DNA from: a virus
Taxonomy: Duplodnaviria; Caudoviricetes
IMG/VR virus record: IMGVR_UViG_3300010048_000854
Span: 1-38,330 of that record
Direction: 5' to 3' (one strand)
Length of the DNA: 38,330 bases
The notes beneath the pieces are model-generated. The model did not search any database. It had not been told where the DNA came from and was given only the letters and a program-made list of their open reading frames with translations. Numbering within the stretch: the first letter of the stretch is position 1; every line of letters begins with the position of its first letter. The position numbers were made by a program, and so were the translations under genes. Positions 17,707 to 25,732 of this stretch are shown piece after piece.

Positions 17707-18531
17707 ATGGGCTTTCTTGGCGCAGCGATCAGCGGTCTGGGGTCCTTGTTCGGCGGGCTTTTCGGCTCCAATGCCTCGCAAAATGCCGCCTCACAGTACG
17801 TCAAAGCCCTGCAGCAAGCCCAGGGCTTCATGCAGGACCAGGAGAAGCAGGGTGTTGCGAACTATTCCCCCTTCCTCAATGCCGGACAGGGAGCGGTCGG
17901 CACACTTTCGAGCTTGCTTGGGACACCCGGCCAGGGGCTTCTCCAGCCTTGGACCGGAACCTTTCAGGCACCCACCGCGGCGCAGGCGGAAGCGACTCCT
18001 GGTTACCAGTTCCAACTCCACCAAGGCCTCGGAGCTGTCCAGAATTCCGCAGCCGGACGAGGAAGCCTACTTTCCGGGCGCACGCTCGCCGATCTCAACA
18101 ATTACGCCCAGGGCGTGGCCTCGACCAACTACCAGAACGTCTTCAACAATGCCCTGACCCAGTACCAGACCTCTTACAACTCGTTCCTGAATAACCAGAA
18201 CAATCAGTATCAGCGGTTGCTCGGCTTGTCAGGAATCGGACTGAATGCGGCGCAGGGCTCGGGACAGTTGATGACGGGAATGGGCAGCGACATTGCCTCG
18301 CTCATCGGACAGCAGGGCGCGGCCAGGGCAGCTGGAACCATTGGCGCGGCGAATGCGATTTCCAGCGGGGTGGGCGGAGGATTGAGCTCCATCGGAAATT
18401 ACCTGACCCTGCAAAGCCTCATGGGTGGAGGCGGCGGAGGCGGAGGATTTGATTCGACGGGCGTGATGATGAATCCGGTTCCATTCTCCGGGGCGGGTTC
18501 AACGGCGGCCCTCGGGTATCCATCGGCATAG
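17707..18531 (+). CDS. DNA ejection protein, P22 gp7-like
   Basis: Gly/Ala/Gln-rich. TPGYQF...SAAGRGSLLSG. Confidence 0.8.
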   Translation: MGFLGAAISGLGSLFGGLFGSNASQNAASQYVKALQQAQGFMQDQEKQGVANYSPFLNAGQGAVGTLSSLLGTPGQGLLQPWTGTFQAPTAAQAEATPGYQFQLHQGLGAVQNSAAGRGSLLSGRTLADLNNYAQGVASTNYQNVFNNALTQYQTSYNSFLNNQNNQYQRLLGLSGIGLNAAQGSGQLMTGMGSDIASLIGQQGAARAAGTIGAANAISSGVGGGLSSIGNYLTLQSLMGGGGGGGGFDSTGVMMNPVPFSGAGSTAALGYPSA

Positions 18532-18534
18532 ATT

Positions 18535-20079
18535 ATGGCTCTCGAACTTCCCGGTCTTCCCAATTTCAACGTCCAGCCCCCGCAGGTCCCGAATGCCCTG
18601 GACCAGTATGGGAAGATGCTGCAACTGAAAGCCCTGATGGGACAGCAGCAGCTTTTGCCGTTGCAGATTCAGGAGGCGCAGCAGAGGAATCAGATGACGG
18701 GACTGCAGGTGCAGCAGCAACAGCTGGAGCTCCAGTCGCAGCAGGCCATGATGAAAGCCTGGTCGGACCCCAATTTCCTCAAGAATTTCACCGGGACCGA
18801 CAAGGCCTCGGCGAGCGGCCTGGGATTCGATCCGGATGCACTTACCAGTTCCCTGATTTCGAAGGGCGTGCTACCGAAAGATGCCATGGCGATGACGGGA
18901 CAGTTTGTGGAACGGTCGCAGAAGATCGCCACCACACAGAAGGACATCGCGCAGACCGGTGAAGCCCAGGCCGCTACGCGAGAAAAGGGCTACAAGGTTC
19001 TCGCGGATCAGATTGGCGCAGTCCTCGACGCACCATCCAGTAAGGCCGGTGATCTACTCGCACAACTGAAGCAAGATGTGGTGCGGAATCCCCAGAAGTA
19101 TGCGGGTGTACCCCAGGAAGATTTGGCGCACGTCTATGGGGCGGACTTGGAGCATCTCCCGGCCATGGCCAGCGTGATCGGGCTGGATGCGAAGATCGCG
19201 GACTTCCACAAGTCGAAGAGTGAGGCAGCAGCAGCGGCGCAGAAGGTGATTCCAGAAGGTGGAGGGCTGTCACCGGAAGCGAAGCAGGACGCAGAGAAGC
19301 AGGTCGCCGTCGCCAAGGCGGAACAACCGCTCAAGATTCAACTCGCAGGGGCGGAAGCGGCAGCGCGCCAAGCCGCCGCACAAGGCAATCCCGCAGACGC
19401 TGGACATCTACTCGCCACCGGCGACCTCACACTCGCCGATTTGAAGTCGCGTGGCACGACGCCCAAATTCATCACGCAAGCTGTGGCTGCGGCGCAAAAG
19501 GAAAAGCCGGGCTATAACCCAGCCGATGAAACGATTGCGGAAAGTGTAGCGAAATCGCAGACTGCCAATCAATTCTTTGGCTCGGCGAATTCATTGATCG
19601 GCAAAGGCGGGACGCTTGATCAACTGGAAAAACTCGGGAAGGACATCCCGCAGCATGATTGGCCGGTGCTCAACTCGATTGACGATTGGCAGAAACTGGC
19701 CCGCGGGAAGGGGCCACTTGCCGGTTATGCAGCGACGGCGCTTGGCGTGGCGGATGATTACGGCAAGGTGATGGGTGGCGGAAATGCCTCGGACCACGCC
19801 CGAGACGCAGCGCTGGCGCTTTTCGCCAAGGCAGCGAGCCCGGAACAGCGAGCGGATGCCATCGCAGCCACGCGCGGAGCCGTACAATCCCAGCGCGATT
19901 CTCGGATCGGAAACAATCAGTTCTTAAAACGGCAGTATGGAGTGGAAGTGGGAGGACAGGCGGGTGGAGGCGGAGGGGGAATGGTCACAATGAAAGCGCC
20001 CAATGGTTTGACGAAGCAGATTCCAGCGGCCCAAGTGGAACATTACAAGGCACTCGGGGCAACCGTTGTTTCTCAGTGA
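18535..20079 (+). CDS. Putative DNA ejection protein, gp20 position
   Basis: 514 aa, Ala/Gln-rich helical, Cys-free, follows the gp7-like gene. Confidence 0.7.
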   Translation: MALELPGLPNFNVQPPQVPNALDQYGKMLQLKALMGQQQLLPLQIQEAQQRNQMTGLQVQQQQLELQSQQAMMKAWSDPNFLKNFTGTDKASASGLGFDPDALTSSLISKGVLPKDAMAMTGQFVERSQKIATTQKDIAQTGEAQAATREKGYKVLADQIGAVLDAPSSKAGDLLAQLKQDVVRNPQKYAGVPQEDLAHVYGADLEHLPAMASVIGLDAKIADFHKSKSEAAAAAQKVIPEGGGLSPEAKQDAEKQVAVAKAEQPLKIQLAGAEAAARQAAAQGNPADAGHLLATGDLTLADLKSRGTTPKFITQAVAAAQKEKPGYNPADETIAESVAKSQTANQFFGSANSLIGKGGTLDQLEKLGKDIPQHDWPVLNSIDDWQKLARGKGPLAGYAATALGVADDYGKVMGGGNASDHARDAALALFAKAASPEQRADAIAATRGAVQSQRDSRIGNNQFLKRQYGVEVGGQAGGGGGGMVTMKAPNGLTKQIPAAQVEHYKALGATVVSQ

Positions 20080-20276
20080 GGCGCATTTGCCTCAAACCAG
20101 TCTTGCTGTTTCTGGTGATGCTGGGCGTACTCGTAATAAGCGCCTGAACCAATTGCGATGAGGACAACTGCAACCGCAACCCACTTACTCACTCTCCAGA
20201 ACTTCGGCCAGGCATGGTTTTTATCGACCAGAAACAGCACGGTCGAAACGAAGATTGATAGAGCAAGGTATTCCAT
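20073..20276 (-). CDS. Small membrane protein (moron), superinfection-exclusion candidate
   Basis: 67 aa, two hydrophobic segments, AAGGAG RBS, C-terminal QDWFEANAP. Confidence 0.7.
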   Translation of the reverse strand: MEYLALSIFVSTVLFLVDKNHAWPKFWRVSKWVAVAVVLIAIGSGAYYEYAQHHQKQQDWFEANAPH

Positions 20277-20293
20277 CGAGTAAACTCCTTTTC

Positions 20294-20374
20294 ATGACTC
20301 CGAATTCTGACTTTCCCGGTGCCGACGAACTTGCGAAGCGATTCCGCGCAATGCTTCCTCCGCAGTTACAAGAT
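20294..20374 (+). pseudogene. Portal-homologous fragment
   Basis: NSDFPGADELAKRFRAMLPPQLQD is 17/24 identical to the portal segment at 9502-9573. Confidence 0.65.
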
Positions 20375-20378
20375 GCAC

Positions 20379-20690
20379 CTACAGCTCCCTCAGTTCGGTC
20401 AGGCCCACGAAAGAATGGCTGGCGAAAAAGCAGATCAATCCTGTTCCGTATTGCGGTTCGTTTGAAGATTCAACTCGCGTGAATTCTTGCATAGATCTCA
20501 GATCAAAACTCAACTCGGAGTCGTGATCCTCGGATATGATCGTCACCTTCGTCTGCTCGATTGAAAAAACCTGGCCTTTCATCGTGAAGTTCAAAATGGG
20601 GCTATCGAAAACGCACCGCAGTCTGGTCGAAGAATTCAACCAGCTTTGCAGCAGTGTTTCGGCCTCTGAGCGTCCGACTCTCACAGTCAA
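20379..20690 (-). CDS. Hypothetical protein (moron)
   Basis: 103 aa, beta-rich, antisense to the late operon. Confidence 0.6.
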   Translation of the reverse strand: MTVRVGRSEAETLLQSWLNSSTRLRCVFDSPILNFTMKGQVFSIEQTKVTIISEDHDSELSFDLRSMQEFTRVESSNEPQYGTGLICFFASHSFVGLTELREL

Positions 20691-20736
20691 TCGTGACCGC
20701 GTACCGAAGTTCTTGAAGGACTATAGGCATTCATGA

Positions 20737-20823
20737 CTTAGCCGGGGACTTTTGTGAGCCACCGCCCGCCTGTCAATCCCCGGCTAAGAGGAAGGACAGG
20801 CAAGGCGGCGACTCAGGGCTAAG
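20737..20823. ncRNA. Candidate structured RNA element
   Basis: Two interleaved inverted-repeat pairs in an intergenic gap. Confidence 0.35.
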
Positions 20824-20883
20824 AGTTTAGATCGATGGGCGACGATGGAGCAATGGGAATAAGTTCCCTAGGACTTTGGTAAC

Positions 20884-21201
20884 TCAGTGACCGTCGAAGG
20901 CGGCGACCTGCTTTTCCAGTTTTCGCAGTTGTTCGGTTTCGCTGGCCAGTTCGCGGAGTTTGGCCTCAATGGTCGCCGGGACGTGCTCACGCCAGAAGTG
21001 GATCAGATACTCGGGCTTCGACATTCCGGTCGGCCCGACGCCTACCGGATCAGTGAGGAAGTACAGCAGGGCATCGCTCGCTTCTTTCAGTTGTTTGGCG
21101 TGGCTGTCGATGTCGGCACGGAGCAAAGCAACGCGGTGCTTGATGTCCCGTAGCTGTTCCCGGGTGCGGCCTTCGATTTCCCAGCGCTCTTCTTTGGTCA
21201 T
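20884..21201 (-). CDS. Coiled-coil hypothetical protein (moron)
   Basis: 105 aa. ATG lies 7 nt after TACAAT. Confidence 0.7.
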   Translation of the reverse strand: MTKEERWEIEGRTREQLRDIKHRVALLRADIDSHAKQLKEASDALLYFLTDPVGVGPTGMSKPEYLIHFWREHVPATIEAKLRELASETEQLRKLEKQVAAFDGH

Positions 21202-21234
21202 GCCCCGCATTGTAGACCGAAAGAACTTTCGTAA
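21195..21234 (-). repeat. 40-bp promoter/start repeat, copy 1
   Basis: 35/40 identical to 21513-21552. Contains TACAAT-gcggggc-ATG. Confidence 0.85.
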
Positions 21235-21519
21235 CTATGGCTGGCGAATGTGCAGCCGCAAGCCAAATTGCAGGTTCCCGTTGACATTCGGCTCCGCGAA
21301 GGCGCGCAGGGCGTTTACCAGTTGCACAAGCTGGGTATAGTCCGCCGCGCCAGGTGTAAGCCATTGTTTTTGGACTTCGGGATTACAGAAAGAACAGCGA
21401 ATCGGCGGACCGGAAAAACTCTTGAGCGGGATGGAAACCTGCGTTTTGCAATTGGGGCAGGTGAACTCAATGGCCAGGACATCCTTGGCCTCAATCGTAA
21501 TCCGCGTCTCAGTGGTCAT
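21235..21519 (-). CDS. Zn-ribbon hypothetical protein (moron)
   Basis: 94 aa, CPNC...CSFC. ATG lies 7 nt after TAGAAT. Confidence 0.7.
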   Translation of the reverse strand: MTTETRITIEAKDVLAIEFTCPNCKTQVSIPLKSFSGPPIRCSFCNPEVQKQWLTPGAADYTQLVQLVNALRAFAEPNVNGNLQFGLRLHIRQP

Positions 21520-21552
21520 GCCCCGCATTCTAACCCGGAAGGACTTTCGTAA
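21513..21552 (-). repeat. 40-bp promoter/start repeat, copy 2
   Basis: Contains TAGAAT-gcggggc-ATG. Confidence 0.85.
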
Positions 21553-21564
21553 GTAGGCCGAGAA

Positions 21565-23061
21565 ATGGGCCAGCCCGCACAAGATTGGTTTGCCTCGAAT
21601 GCACCGAAAACTGCTCCAGTGGCGGCTGGGGACTGGTTTTCTCAAAATTCACCCGAGACGCCCCCTCCAGTTCCACGCCCTCCGAATCCCCTCCAGGGAG
21701 TTGCGGGTTATGACCTGCTCGGCCCTTTGCGCGAAGATCAAACCCTTCCGGGCATGGTTAAGGGCCAACTGCAGAACCTGTACCAGATCAGCACTCCGGG
21801 CATTGTCTCTTCCCTGGTACAGAAGCACTTTCCGGATGTGTATGCAAAAGTGGCGCATTTACTGCCAACGCCCACGCCTGCCGCACAACTGCCGAACCAA
21901 ATCATGGAGAACGGCACGATGATGGTAGCAACCGGCGCCCTCGAAAACGGTGGGTTTGAGCCCGTCGGAGATACCGCCCCCAGGGCAACCGCTACGCCCC
22001 GCCCCGCTGCTCCCCAGTCCAGCGCGCCCTCCGCGGCTTCCAGAGTTGCTGACGTTGCAGGCGACAAACTGATGACAGCGGCCAAGCGCTTCGTGGCTGG
22101 ACGGATTCCAGGCGCCCATTTTCTGATGGACCTGCACGATATCGTTAGCGCAGTTACAGAGCAGCCCGAAGCTCCGACAGTTCCGGCTGCTAGACCGCCA
22201 GTTGCTCAGCCTCCGCTATCCGTTCCGGAAGCCCCTGCTGCCGTCCGGCAAGGCTGGAGCCTCGCGCGCGGCCCCCAAGCTGTCATCGATCCGGCAGCCG
22301 GCTTGCGGCAAGAGGTACCCGCTATCCGGCCCTCCATTGAGCGCTTGCAAGCCCTAGATGCCACTCCTGGCGATATTCCCTTGCGCCCTTCGATTGAGCG
22401 CGCCCAGATGCTCGGTAACATCGACCCTCTGGCGCGTTTGCGGATGCTGTCCGAAGCGCCTCCCGCCTCCGACTACGTTCCGCCCGCCCCCAACCTGGAG
22501 CGCCTTTCTCCCGTTCCGGCCGCCTCAGCGCCGGGCAGTAGCGTAGCGGCGGCTCCCGCGACAACTCTACAAGCCCCCGTAGGAGCCGCCGCGCCTGCTG
22601 GAAACCTGGAACTTCCCCGCACACTGGACGGAGAAAGCGCGCTCCGCCGAGTGCTGACCGGGCAAGACAATGCGAACCTGCTGAAAATTGCCCGGTCGCG
22701 GGGAATGGATGTTACCAAAGAAGCCCAACTCAAGCCCGGAGTCGCGGACAACCTGCTGATCAACAAGATCGTGGACGATTTCTCCCCGGACGAACTCAAG
22801 GAATTCCGGGACAAGTACCTGGAGACGGGAAGATTTCAGCACCAGTTCGGCGAAATCGGCCCGGAAGCCTGGAAGACCATGAGTCTGCAGAACTACTTCC
22901 CCGACCTGAAACTCACCAAGGCCGCCGTCGCGCGGACCAGGCAGGCGATTGAAGCCTCCGGAACTCCGGTCACGGTTCCGGCCACCTCTCCGCTCGAAGA
23001 TCAGCTCTCCCAGATGCTGAAACAGGTCAAAGCGGGAAAGAAATTGAAGGATTTGCAATGA
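21565..23061 (+). CDS. Putative third ejection protein, gp16 position
   Basis: 498 aa, Pro/Ala-rich, Cys-free, two N-terminal DWF repeats. Call rests on synteny. Confidence 0.55.
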   Translation: MGQPAQDWFASNAPKTAPVAAGDWFSQNSPETPPPVPRPPNPLQGVAGYDLLGPLREDQTLPGMVKGQLQNLYQISTPGIVSSLVQKHFPDVYAKVAHLLPTPTPAAQLPNQIMENGTMMVATGALENGGFEPVGDTAPRATATPRPAAPQSSAPSAASRVADVAGDKLMTAAKRFVAGRIPGAHFLMDLHDIVSAVTEQPEAPTVPAARPPVAQPPLSVPEAPAAVRQGWSLARGPQAVIDPAAGLRQEVPAIRPSIERLQALDATPGDIPLRPSIERAQMLGNIDPLARLRMLSEAPPASDYVPPAPNLERLSPVPAASAPGSSVAAAPATTLQAPVGAAAPAGNLELPRTLDGESALRRVLTGQDNANLLKIARSRGMDVTKEAQLKPGVADNLLINKIVDDFSPDELKEFRDKYLETGRFQHQFGEIGPEAWKTMSLQNYFPDLKLTKAAVARTRQAIEASGTPVTVPATSPLEDQLSQMLKQVKAGKKLKDLQ

Positions 23062-24644
23062 GACGACGACTCGAACGGCTGTCCCCGTTGCTTTTCGGTG
23101 CGATTCTGCTGGCTTGTTCGATGGTTGCGCACGCCCAGGTTGCGCCCTTCATGGCCCTGGGGAATGCCCAGTTTTTCGACAATAACGGGAAACCGCTAAC
23201 CTCTGGCGTACTCTACAGTTTCGCGGCCGGAACGAGCACCCAACAGGCGACTTTCACCGACTTCACGGGACTGACACAGAATCCCAACCCCATCCCCTTC
23301 GGAAGCGGCGCCAGGGTCAACATCTGGACGACCTCCACCCTGTTCTACAAGTTCGTTTTGTGCGCCCAGAATGACGGGCCAGCCTGTGCGCCGGCGGACG
23401 TGCTGTTCTCTGTGGACCAGGTTCCGGGCGGGCCGAGCGCCGGCGGGACAGGAAACATCTTCACCGGGACCTTCATCTCTGCCTCGCCCAGCCCTTCCAC
23501 GACCGGGGTGCTTCGGCTGGCGTCCGGAGACTCGATTTGCTGGCGCAATGCGGCGGGCACGGCCAACCTTTGCATCTCGAAGGACGGGAACGATGTACTG
23601 AGCTGGGCCGGCGGAGACTTCAAGATGCCGGAGATCAACTGCGTCGCCAACCAGAGCGGATTTGATTTCCTCTGCGCGGATTCTTCGACCCATCGCTGGA
23701 AACAGTCGCTCAACGCCGGCTCGCAGTTGCTGATTCCGGGCCTCGGGGCTGCGGGCACCTCCGGACATCTAGTCACTTTCGCGTCCAATGGAATTGACAT
23801 TCAAGACGGGGGAAGTCCGCCCACCACGACGCTCTCCCTCCCGAATGACACGATCTCCGGGACGACCACCAACACGGTGACCAAGGTTTCCTCGAACGGC
23901 GGCGGCGCGCAAACGGCCATCATCGCAACGACTAGCGATACGAATGGAGCAATCGGGATTTGCGTCTCGAATTGCGGGAGCTCGGGGAGTGCGAATATCG
24001 CGGTCTTTGGCTCGGCTTCCTGCGTCTTCGACGGCGGGACCACGGTCAATGACTACGTGATCATGTCGAACAGCGCCGGGGGAGACTGCCATGATTCCGG
24101 GGTCGCTCCACCGCAGTACCCGAACAGCGGGCAAGTCCTCGGACGAGTCCAGTTCAACAATGCGGGCGCCGGGACGTACACGATTGACCTGTTCCCGGCG
24201 GAGAACCGCGGACAGCTTCCGATTGTCGCCAGTGACACCACGACCGCCCTTGGGGCGCCCGCCACGATCGCAGGCAGTCCTTCCTCGACTGTGGTTATCA
24301 CCAAGGCGCTCACCATGCCATCGATCGGCTGCCCCTGCCGCGTGGATGCACAGTGGAATACGTTCTGGGCGACCACCGCGGCGGGGGAATTTGCGGTCTG
24401 GGTGTCGGATGGAACGAATCAGTTTGCGACATCTTCAACTTCCACGACGGGATCGAGCACCCACTTTGGAGTCGGCGGATCCGGATCTTCTCTGCAAACC
24501 TACGCGAACGGGGCGAACGTCACCTTTACCCTCAACGCCTCGCAGGATTCTGGAGGAACCGTCACGGTCAATACGGTTTCCGGGGTGAGCGCGGCGACCC
24601 AGGCGACTTTTCTAAATCTGCGAATCTTCCGCAATTCCAACTAG
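23058..24644 (+). CDS. Tailspike/fibre-like protein with signal peptide
   Basis: AHA/Q signal, then QFFDNNGKPL..LYSFAAGTST...NPNPI resembling a podophage head-binding domain. 12 Cys in the mature part. Confidence 0.75.
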   Translation: MRRRLERLSPLLFGAILLACSMVAHAQVAPFMALGNAQFFDNNGKPLTSGVLYSFAAGTSTQQATFTDFTGLTQNPNPIPFGSGARVNIWTTSTLFYKFVLCAQNDGPACAPADVLFSVDQVPGGPSAGGTGNIFTGTFISASPSPSTTGVLRLASGDSICWRNAAGTANLCISKDGNDVLSWAGGDFKMPEINCVANQSGFDFLCADSSTHRWKQSLNAGSQLLIPGLGAAGTSGHLVTFASNGIDIQDGGSPPTTTLSLPNDTISGTTTNTVTKVSSNGGGAQTAIIATTSDTNGAIGICVSNCGSSGSANIAVFGSASCVFDGGTTVNDYVIMSNSAGGDCHDSGVAPPQYPNSGQVLGRVQFNNAGAGTYTIDLFPAENRGQLPIVASDTTTALGAPATIAGSPSSTVVITKALTMPSIGCPCRVDAQWNTFWATTAAGEFAVWVSDGTNQFATSSTSTTGSSTHFGVGGSGSSLQTYANGANVTFTLNASQDSGGTVTVNTVSGVSAATQATFLNLRIFRNSN

Positions 24645-24645
24645 C

Positions 24646-25689
24646 ATGAAATCGGCTCTAAGGCTTTTCTCTCTTCTGCTGTTTTCCTCGCTGGCGTTCG
24701 GCCAGGGCAGCATCGTTCCGCCCCAGACGGCCCTGAAGACCGTTAACGGCTTCACTACGCCGATTGCCAACGCCACGATCACGGTCTGCGCGGGGAATAC
24801 GGGCGGAATCCCCTGTTCTCCGGCCTTGGCGAATGCGATCTTTCAAAATGCCGCGCTGACACAGCCACTTTCCAATCCCTTCACCTCGGACGCCCAGGGG
24901 AATTACCAGTTTGCAGTTGCTCCGGGAAGTTACACGGTCACGGTCACGGCTTTTGGCTTTCAGGGAAATTCCTACCAGATTACCGTCCCGGGAACCGTGG
25001 GAACCCAGCTCGCCCCCGGCCAGGTTCGCCAGATGTGGGTGATCGGAGACGGCTCGAATCCAGTCTTTGGGATCGGGCACGGCAATGCTCCAGCACAGAC
25101 TGGCAGCTTCGCCCAGACTTTACCCAGTGCGACGGAGATGGGAGGAAACAATCTCTCGGCGGCGGCGACGGCTTCGACCAATACCGTGGTCGGAGTTACG
25201 GGACCTGCGGCGGCCTCGAATGGAATCTTTACCTGGGGCACGTTCGGCTCGCTGCAGATGCGGGTGCGGTTCAATACCCTCACCAATGCCCGATGGTGGC
25301 TGGGGCTCGGCTTTCAGAAGTTTCAGTCGGGCTCGGGAAACGCGAATTACGCGACCGATACCCCGAACACCCAATTCTGCGGATTCCGCCGATCGGACGT
25401 TACCGACACCACCATCAAGGCGATTTGCGAAACCAGCAATACCAATATCACCATCGTGGACACTGGAGTTTCGGTGGATACGGTGCACTCGCAACTTTTC
25501 GGGATCTTCCCGGTCCTGAACGGCGAAAGCTTCTACATCAACAATGTGCTAGTCGCCACCATCACCACCAATGTTCCGACATCGACCACGCTCTATTCCC
25601 AATTGGTCTGCGGAGACAACAAGAACACCAATACCGCGATCAACTTCGATTTCTGGTGGAGTCTACAGACGAATCTTCCTCTGATCTAG
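24646..25689 (+). CDS. Tail appendage-like protein with signal peptide
   Basis: MKSALRLFSLLLFSSLAFG/Q, SNPFTSDAQGNYQF, beta-sandwich-like C-terminus. Confidence 0.7.
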   Translation: MKSALRLFSLLLFSSLAFGQGSIVPPQTALKTVNGFTTPIANATITVCAGNTGGIPCSPALANAIFQNAALTQPLSNPFTSDAQGNYQFAVAPGSYTVTVTAFGFQGNSYQITVPGTVGTQLAPGQVRQMWVIGDGSNPVFGIGHGNAPAQTGSFAQTLPSATEMGGNNLSAAATASTNTVVGVTGPAAASNGIFTWGTFGSLQMRVRFNTLTNARWWLGLGFQKFQSGSGNANYATDTPNTQFCGFRRSDVTDTTIKAICETSNTNITIVDTGVSVDTVHSQLFGIFPVLNGESFYINNVLVATITTNVPTSTTLYSQLVCGDNKNTNTAINFDFWWSLQTNLPLI

Positions 25690-25732
25690 TTCTCTCTCCT
25701 TCTGTTCCATTTCCAATTTCCGAGGTTTCCAC

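Noticed and set aside
20078-21605. Invertible segment bounded by the DWF-encoding inverted similarity
   Set aside because: About 26 bp with several central mismatches, and the differences fit protein-level conservation. Not fully excluded without read data.
23058-23135. Lipoprotein signal (LLAC)
   Set aside because: Non-canonical lipobox. AHA/Q fits signal peptidase I and matches the neighbouring genes.
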